Shown here in pieces: positions 55,365-64,000 of a stretch of 64,000 nucleotides of DNA (its first letter is position 1; each line of letters begins with the position of its first letter). The translations under genes were made by a program, and so were the position numbers. The notes under the pieces were generated by a model, which was given only the letters and a program-made list of their open reading frames with translations, ran no database searches and was not told the origin of the DNA. This stretch comes from Bigelowiella natans CCMP2755 (taxonomy: Eukaryota > Protista > Cercozoa), in assembly GCA_000320545.1 (NCBI GenBank), contig ADNK01001913.1:18015-82014 (forward strand). The letters run 5' to 3'.

Positions 55365-56678
55365 GATGTTCTCCCGTTGAGAAAGATAGGAAAGGGAGGG
55401 GGGGGAGGGAGGAGTCTTCCACGACAGATACGGTTTGAATGAATTACTGCTTCTTTCAAGTTACACCGTACATCGTACATTACATACTAATAAAGCAGAC
55501 GATGTTCTGAGATTCTTCCTTGTCCTCCTTCTCCCCCGCTCTCATTTTACCCCCCCCCCCCCCCCCCTCCATTCACTGCCCCACATCCAAAGGGGAAGTT
55601 TTTGGACTGGAGGGGGTTTTCGATAATCGATTTCAAGCCAAATGCCACACGATTTTTGGGAGATTTGAGCATGTTTGAGAACGCCGTGGACTGTGCCGAG
55701 AGCGAGAAGGTATTGGAGGAGTAGTATATTGAAATATATATGAGAGAGAGAGAGAGGGGGGGGGGGGGGGGGATAAAATGACAGCTAGGGCGATAGCCAG
55801 TAGTGTTTCAATGGAAACATATACTGCTGTTTATCATATGCGCTCATCCATAAGAAGAATGCCGCACTCGAAATGCGACGGCGTAGTAACTCCTTCCGTT
55901 GGTGTTTCGTCCAGGGTTTTTAAACAAAGCGCCTTGCCGTAATCTCCTTCCTCCTCCCCCCCCCCCCCCCTACTCACCCATCCTCTCATCTCAGGCGGCT
56001 AGTAGCTCACAAGGCGGGAAATTACGCGAAAAATCAAGACAAGCGTTGGCCAAGTCGCTGTTCCTAGCTTCCGCCGCAACCAATGTAATCAAAATTAGCA
56101 CCGTGACCAAATAAGTAGCAGCGTGATGACTGACCGCGGTCAAGCATTGAGCAGCCTCTGCCCTCCTCCTCATTGCTGCTTATTACGTCCTACTCGACTG
56201 TACGCGACGACAGCAGTTTTCGAGATGGAATCAATCCGAAACGATCGCTTTTTTCGCGAAGTCTAGATGAGGGCTCGAGCTTTGCATGCTTTACTAACTG
56301 GCGTGAATGTGTGTGCATGCACACATACTAAGGTGTGCCTGGCAGTCCCAGAGCTGAAGAGCCTTTCGAGTGCAACACGATGCGTTCAACCAGCTCTCAA
56401 GGCTTTCCAAGACGTCCTCGCCCAGGCCGTGAAAGACCCCAGTGAGTAGTCTCCAAGGGAAAACAATGGAGAGAGAGGGGGGGGGGGGGGGATGGAGATT
56501 CCACCTATCTATTCCTGAGAGCGGAGTGAGAAGCATCATTTCCAACCCAAAAGTGGTTTCGCCCATCGTAGAGAGCGACGATCTCGGTGAGTTGTTTGGG
56601 AGGAGCTACTCGCCAACGGCCTATGATGACAGCTCGCAAAACACAGAGCAGGAGTATTTGGAGAACGTCTTTCCATAG
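52406..56678 (+). CDS. Multi-exon hypothetical, probably helical, protein
   Basis: Many AG/GT-bounded exons (LLFKLSFAVGFVLGSPEEK; LATAGNLTDTSTTKLMAAVAK|GVEDRLMDTVNSCKRFQMNSQIIASDQK|LKDFVDAERSVLFRDG; VCLAVPELK..AVKDP|KSDDLGELFG..ENVFP*). No family recognised. Confidence 0.55.
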
Positions 56679-58736
56679 CTTTGCATGCGTGGTGGTTGGG
56701 GCTGTTGTATATTCCAAAGCTCTTGAGAATCGTCTCGTTTGATAAAATCTTCGCGAGTGTGAATACCACGGTTTTTACCCACCAACAGAATCAGTAGCAG
56801 CTCACACCACAATCCTCAGAAAGGCGGCAGAGGTCGGGCAGTGTTGTGTAGATGCGCGTGCGATTGTGCAGGCTTGAAGAAATATCACCGAACATGTCAA
56901 ATGAATACACCGTACACTATTATAAAGGTTTTTTATTATGATATATGCGGCAGCATATATCAGCCTAAGTCGTCGATGCGTAATGTAACTGTCAGTCTTA
57001 ACTCGATCAATTATTAGGTTGGAAAGCTTGTCGGGGCAATGGCGTCCGAGGCCGAAAAGGCCGTGCCGGTACTAGACGTATTACCAAATGATAGTTTTTC
57101 CCCCTCGCCTCGTAGATGGTGTGTCACGCCAATGTAGTGAATCTAATGCTGCAGCCTCCGTGCTGAAAGTGAAGAGAGAACGTGGGCAGAAGTCTCTCTG
57201 CATGATTTCGAACAACCGAATCTGATGCGTCTAGGCTTTATGCAATATCTGTGCTTATTGGACTTGGTGCTGCTGCCTGTGAATACCACCAACAGGTCGT
57301 CCGCAAAGTAGGCGACACGACGAATCTTGAGCGGAGAATCAGTGACGCAAAAACTGCGTTTGGTGAGGTGAAGACGACTACATCTGCGTAGAGACGATGC
57401 CATGCTGGTGGTTTATGTGGATGGGCGCCGTATCGTACATCTTCGTAACTGGGAGAGCCTTGCATGCGCAAATCTAGACATGTTACAGGCAATTATCACG
57501 CCGAAGCTGTCGCTTCAAGAGCTAGAAGAGTAGCACTATCTACCATAACCTGTCACGACCGGATATAAGTGGCACCTCTTCTAGATCGATATGTGGTTAG
57601 TCCGCAGCATATATGTACTGCTGCGACAGAAATGGCTTTGTACTGCTAGTGATGGTATATGGTAGCAAATAATTGCATGCACTATGATAGAGGCCTCGAT
57701 TGAGCACGCTGTAGCACGCCTCGCTACGCACTAGCGCACGTTTGAACAATCATAAAAGGAATGGTTATAACAGCGCGGGCATTACAATTCCACAGTGATG
57801 TAACATATGCTAGTGCTAATGAGAGTAGAAGTACAGGCAGCATTTCCATGTGCACCAGTGCATTCTAGCATCACACTAGATCATTGTGCACGTGCAGCAT
57901 CGCATGCCAACATCACATGAACCAGGGGATGCTGCATGTGCGCGCTGTGCGTCTGCTAGGCCGTGGCAATCTCAATCCATGCGCTAGATAGCTAGTTGCT
58001 ATGGCATGCTAGCATGTGCGATGCTACTGCTATACTGCATGACGACGCTATGTCTGGACATCTATCTAGGCTGTGCGTGGCTATGATCGACGCTGGCTAG
58101 CTGGGTCGTCTTGTGCACACGTCGCTAGCGTCGTCTACGTACATCTGCTACGTCTAGACATGTACTAGTGTAGTCTGCTCGCTATGCTTATCACGCATGC
58201 TAGCATGCCACAGTGCTGCGCATCGCAGCAGCGGCGACGTGTGTGCACGTAGCGTACAGCTAGACAGGCGAGATGTGCGCATGCATGCTAGCATGTCACG
58301 TGCTTGTCTTCTGGGCTTGATGCACACTAGCACACCCATCATCTGCTAGATAGACATGTCTCCTGCTAGCCTGCTAGCTAGCTAGCCTACTAGCTGTGTG
58401 CATATACGCGCTAGTACAGCTAGTACGTATCGTAGGATCGGTTGCGACGCTAGCACATATATGAGCGGTCTAGCGGTGGTTCAATGCTAGAACGCAGAGC
58501 TAGCAGAGTATGACTCACGGTGCAAATCGATTGCGCCGCACGCACACTGCTAGATAGACTGCTTAAGTTAAAAATTGTTAGCGGCACTTCAAGACGCTCT
58601 AGCGCTGTCGCGTTGCGATAAGCACATGTATCTGGTTACTGTACTCGATACACATTTTGTCCAGCCAGAGATGTTTTATACACAGGCTGCATCTGCTATT
58701 ATATTTGCAGCAATAATATCATAAAACCAATACATG

Positions 58737-58767
<31 letters not shown>

Positions 58768-58927
58768 ATGCGGACCCCATCAATATGCAACATTGATCAT
58801 CGTGCAGGTGACGAGTTTGTGAGTAAAAGTGCAAAGCTTTATGACCGTGGTTGGTCTCAAACATTCCCATCGCTACATTCAAGTGCATAAATCCAAAAAA
58901 AGAACTTGGAAGGCTGCATTCTCAAAG

Positions 58928-59049
58928 CTAATCATCGCGGCGTCGATCTTCGTCGTCATCCTTGTCGTCCTTAGATATCAATGATAATTTTTGTTAATCT
59001 ACCCATCACATCGCATATACATTTTTGTTATACGTGTATCTATATATAA

Positions 59050-59095
<46 letters not shown>

Positions 59096-60515
59096 GTGTG
59101 CGTGTCTGTGATATCGCACGAATGTTAAAGATAAAGCAGGATCCTGAAATACCTTATCATCTTTTCCCCTGCTCTTTTCATCCTCCTCGTCGTCGCCACG
59201 GCGACGGTCATCGTCCCGATCACGACCACGGTCATCGTCCCGATCGCTGAAACAACACACTTGCTGCTCAGTACAGATTTGGCGCAGGTATTCCCAATTA
59301 AACGGCGGCCATGATAACTACACTCGAATCCCCAGGTTTGTCATTTTTTCCTATTCTTCTTTATGTGTTCAAAACTTTCACGAGAACTTCCGATACTAAG
59401 GGTTATTAATAACGAAAAATTCTTTTACCCTTCGTCATCTTTCCTTCGCATATCACGATCGCGGCGACCACGCCTGTCATCCTCTTCGGAGCCATCGCGA
59501 CGGCGTCTCTCCTTGCGGTCACGAGTCCTGCGCAAGCGAGAAAACTCAGAAAACATCGTCCAGCAAATGTTCTTGTAGCACAACGGAAAATGCGATCGCG
59601 TCCGGTCTTCGCATTGTCTGTTCTATTACAAAGCTACCTGTCCCTGGATCGATCACGGCCACGGTCACGGCTTCGATCACGTCTTTCCCTCCTTCTTGGG
59701 GGGGTTCTAGACCTGGAGCTCGAGCGGCTGCGCCCTCTTCCGCCACCATCTTCGTCGAAGACCTTCACCCTGGTAGGGGGATAATCGTGGCGTGCACCCC
59801 GGCCAGGGCGAATCTTCCTGCCATCCAGCTTGCGGACTGCATCATCGGCGTCACGGGAGTCCTCGAATTCCAAGGTACCTTTTCCATATCGGACGTCAGT
59901 GTACCTGCAAACATAAAAATATATATCTTATTTGAGACTCGCGTGGGAGGGTTTCTAGCCATTTTTGAAAATCAAAAATCAAAACACACAATGAGAGGAA
60001 GTGAAAGCGCATCTATGGAGTGCGTGGTGGCAATCGCTACCGTGGATGAGGAGCTCCGAATTCGCGCGCGAAATCCTTGCAAAGAAAAGAGGTCACTCAT
60101 TCGGTGTTATCTTGAAGAAACAGGGGTTTTCGATATTATCCAAAACGAAGATCCACTCCGTCCTCCTCTCCGTCCTCCTCCTCCTCCTCCTTCCGCAACA
60201 TGCCATGCCATTTTCCAACTCCTCCATCCCTGCATCTCTTCCCATCCCTCCCAAAATCCACATTCCAAATCCCAATCAATCCATCCTCTCCTTAACCTTT
60301 TGTCAAATCAATACATGTCCTTCTAAGAACCTCTCATTTGATGGGGAGAGGTCGAGAAATGAGTGATTGGAAGATTGGTCTTTTAAAGGAGACCGCGAAA
60401 AGCTCACGCAGCGACCGAATAGTTTACACGGTTCCACCACTACCTTAAGATCTTGCCAGGAAGCTTGCTCAGGCAGCCCTTCGATGATGATTCTATACCC
60501 TCTTCCTCGTGACAT
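58928..60515 (-). CDS. Serine/arginine-rich (SR) splicing factor with SWQDLKD pseudo-RRM and RS/RD tail
   Basis: MSRGRGYRIIIEGLPEQASWQDLK|DFAREFG..|YTDVRYGKGTLEFEDSRDADDAVRKLDG..GRSRSSSRSRTPPRRRERRDRSRDR. Confidence 0.92.
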
Positions 60516-60922
60516 TCTCGCACTCCTCTTCCAAATCGATGGGTTGTGGGCTCAGACAGTGCGCGGCGGTAGGGAGATTTCGCAAATATGGAGGTTATTT
60601 TATTCATACGACAACTAAATTATGCGGACGTTCGATTAACATAAGGCTATCTCAGCTAGATCGTAGCCAGAATGTGGAACATCGTATTTTTCAGTTCATA
60701 TTATTTTCGTAACTCCCCTTAAATTAGATATGAACGACATCAAGATTGTGCGAATTTGTAAGGAAATGTACAATTTACATTCCGCCCAAAATATCTCGTT
60801 GGGTCTCACTTGCAGAATGAGGCGCCGAAATTTGTGTTAGATCTATATCCAAGCCGATTTTTTTCTATTTTTTCCTTTCTTGTCGCAGCCGAGAAAGGCG
60901 CTAATTGGCAGATTACATTCGG

Positions 60923-61752
60923 ATGCGAATGGCACCCGAGAGCTTCCGACCAAGCCAAGCTCTGCCAAGCATGTTGTCCCTGCTATTGGTCCTTCTTCCC
61001 GCATCGTCGAAATGCCTTAACCCCTTGAATGCGTATCCAGGGTCCCACCAGGTATGTGAGTTTCTGTGGATTAGAAGGGTATGTTTCAGGGAGGGTGTCG
61101 GACTCGGAACTAGCTCCTCCTTGACCTGGAGAAGAAGGCTTGATGCTCGTTGGCGAGACTTTGAGCCTAGATTTTCGTGCGCCAGTTTTCCCACAGATTG
61201 TGTAAAACTGATTTTGGGAATGTGGAATGATGACTCTATTTTCCACCTAACGTAACGAAAACGTTGAATTAGGTCGAACCCCTCGCCCCACAGCAAAGCA
61301 GACGTCCTGCAGACAAAGGAGCCTCCTCTTCTCCCTCACCACCCCCTACCCCCCTCGTCTCTTTATATTGAAATATTGGGGCCCCCGCCAGTGTGGTTTC
61401 CACCGTCACCACCACCACCACCACCACCACTTCGACACGATTTGAACCGAGAGTTGTTGGTGCGTATTCTCCACAAATCGGCAACAACAACAACAACAAC
61501 AACAACAACAGCAGCAGCACTAAAACCACGACAGCCATGCCTCAAGCGACGGAAAATGACAGCGTGAATCTGCCTTTGTTGCCACCACAATCGCTAATAA
61601 ACAACAACAACAACAACAGGATCCCACCTCATCTTACCCCCCCCCATCATGAAGTCGTTGGACACTTTACGACTAGGTCGAAAAGGGTGTTGCTTCATCA
61701 GATGCACGGTTGAGCAACAACATGTGATGAGTGAATAGTTCTACTATGCTTT

Positions 61753-61796
<44 letters not shown>

Positions 61797-62467
61797 GTGT
61801 GTGTGTATCTAATGTTCTATTCGGACATCCAAAGTCCCAAATCGCGCATAGCTGAGCATCAACACGCATCCCAAGATAGAAATCATTAGCGTCTTCAAGA
61901 GAGCCTTTTATTCGTACCTTATCTAGTGAGAACCATCTTTAAAACGCGTATTTGACTAAGCGCAAAGCACCAGCTCGAACATAGTGCTGGCCGCCCCATG
62001 TAGCTGCTTCCATATATCAATCCCAACACGCTCATTTCCGGTAACCGAGCACAGTCTAATCTGTTTGGCTTGACAGGTTTCGAGAGGAATGTGCAATGGA
62101 TGGCGGCTCTCAAGCTCTTTCAACGAATGGTACTTTCTCCATTCTGCACCGTATGTGCTTGGTTGCACCCCCCCCCCCCCCCCTCCTCTTTCCCCTCTCC
62201 ACGACTCTAGATTTCTACTGTGAAGGCAAAATCGTTTATTGCATGGGTGTGCACACAACAGGCCTCGCAGCTGCAAAAGCCAGATGCGTACACAAGCAGG
62301 TGAGCTTTTACCGATAGAATGATATTTATAATGATAGTAATATATATAGTATGATACTAATAATGCTAATAATAATAATTATGTATAAGTAGTTGTTGTA
62401 ATAGTAGTGTAGTAGCACTTGCCGCACTTCCAATGCTCGGTGGACACGATGCCATGCTCATAACTCA

Positions 62468-62506
<39 letters not shown>

Positions 62507-63006
62507 ACTCACTCACTCACTCGCGCTCATATAACATCACAGTGCGGTAATACGGACTTGCTACTCTGCGGCTGCCTCCTCTGCTGCGGGATTGGAATCG
62601 ATAAAGTATCGAACAAGAGTGGAGACGGTCAAAGGGGGGTGGGGACTAGCGAAGCAGCACGATATGCAGCAGCAGCCTAACGTGAGTTATGGACGAAGTA
62701 TGCCGGTCAAAAGATTCACGCTACAACATCATCATCATCAGCAGCAGCAGCGGCAGAAGGCGGACTTAGCGATGAAACAGAAGGCTCCACAACGCTGCAG
62801 CATGGCCAAGGACAGAAGTGATTACGAACGAAGTGGTTGGAGTTGGAGATCTCTCGTAGAGAAGGAGGAGGAGGAGGAGGAGGAGGAGGAGGAGGAGGAG
62901 ACGGAGGAAAAGGATGGGGGAGGGGCCGAGAATAATAATAAACTAGAAAATGAAAGCTATATTGAAGATTACGAAGATGAAGAAGAAGAGGAAGAGGACG
63001 ACGACG

Positions 63007-63043
<37 letters not shown>

Positions 63044-63591
63044 TGAAGGAGTTGGTAACACATACTACCACGAGGAAAGGCGGGGAGGGGAGGGGTCAAT
63101 AGCTGAAGAGAATCATCAATGTGATAGTCACGGAAGAAGCAGCTCAAAGCAGTACTTCCCGCACGATGATAATGATGACGATGACGACGAAGAAAGGAGG
63201 AGGGAATTTATTAGAGCCAAAGCTATTTTGACAGTGCAGCAGGTCTTCAAATAAATATATATATTTAATTAACATATATAATATATATATTCTAATGATA
63301 ATATTGGTTCACTCATATAAAATCTCGACGTCATCATCAGCATCATTATCATCATCATCGTCATTATCATCATCGTCGGCCCCGCTACCATTGCTACACG
63401 TATCCTGATCGCAGCATCCGCGCGACATGGAGCAATGCTGCCTTGTATTCCCGTGTATATTTGGTCCTCACATCAATTTATTTGTCCGACATTTATCTCC
63501 GTGACCATCTGCTTCCTCGCATCAGTCGATTAGCATGGCCTCGGCGGGTACCTTTCGCCGTATTCTGCAACGGCTGCACAAGGTAAGAGAA

Positions 63592-63639
<48 letters not shown>

Positions 63640-64000
63640 GGGGGGGGGGGTAATAAATGAGAGGGATTGGAAAGAACATCCCGCACCGTAGCTAGTGAGT
63701 AGATTAGCCGTCGAGCCTACTTATTATTGAAAGAAAAGAAGGACTACTCGCATTTGTATCAATGTTCTTGCTCATTTATAAGTGGGAAAAGTGTTACGAT
63801 TATACTGCCGGCTAACCGGATAATTCTGTGTGCCCTCCCCTAGGTCCTAAACTTCCACCAATATAAGTCGCCCCCGCCGGATTTGTGTTGATGTACCTAG
63901 AGGAATACCAACACTTTCAGTATTCCTGTCGTACAAATTGATCGTATAGAGGAGAACAAATTCGACTCTGCAGACGAGAAACTTGTTGACATGATATAGA
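60923..64000 (+). CDS. PPR-like protein with N-terminal signal peptide and large low-complexity insertions (probably continues beyond the window)
   Basis: Leader ..ALPSMLSLLLVLLPASSKC; PPR-like FERNVQWMAALKLFQRM|ASQLQKPDAYTS|SAVIRTCY; polyT/N/E/D tracts. Confidence 0.5.

Noticed and set aside
57400-58620. Ordinary CpG-methylation decay or fungal RIP as the cause of the CATG/TGCA-rich patches
   Set aside because: CpG remains common in the patches, and TpA is depleted rather than enriched, which is the opposite of RIP.
1-64000. Similar lengths (~25-40 nt) of microsatellite tracts as a biological signal; tRNA/rRNA genes; intact transposons
   Set aside because: Uniform tract length may be assembly collapse. 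No RNA gene, transposase or reverse-transcriptase motif was recognised.

Overview
Eukaryotic nuclear DNA: gene-dense and intron-rich, with introns full of (TA)n/(CA)n/(GA)n microsatellites. A PPD1 precursor with signal peptide + transit peptide + Tat motif points to an alga with a secondary plastid, most likely a chlorarachniophyte (Bigelowiella-like; inference). I spliced the gene models by hand using GT-AG junctions. Recognisable genes: an ~11-kb minus-strand gene joining an N-terminal targeting leader, two NAP/SET histone-chaperone domains and a MenH-like alpha/beta-hydrolase in one frame; a gene with three tandem YjbQ/UPF0047 domains; an intronless sulfotransferase; PPD1; a RING + LON-N protein; a RING-H2 protein; an alditol/xylitol-oxidase-like FAD enzyme; a C2H2 zinc-finger protein; an SR splicing factor with only the pseudo-RRM; a PPR-like protein; a decayed ankyrin gene; and several hypothetical genes. 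At window scale, genes alternate strand almost perfectly. The tail-to-tail (convergent) spacers carry a distinctive signature: TpA is depleted except in CTAG (or CTA/TAG), and CATG/TGCA are enriched. This suggests a localised TpA->CpA/TpG mutational or base-modification process at termination zones. Exon boundaries are manual predictions.
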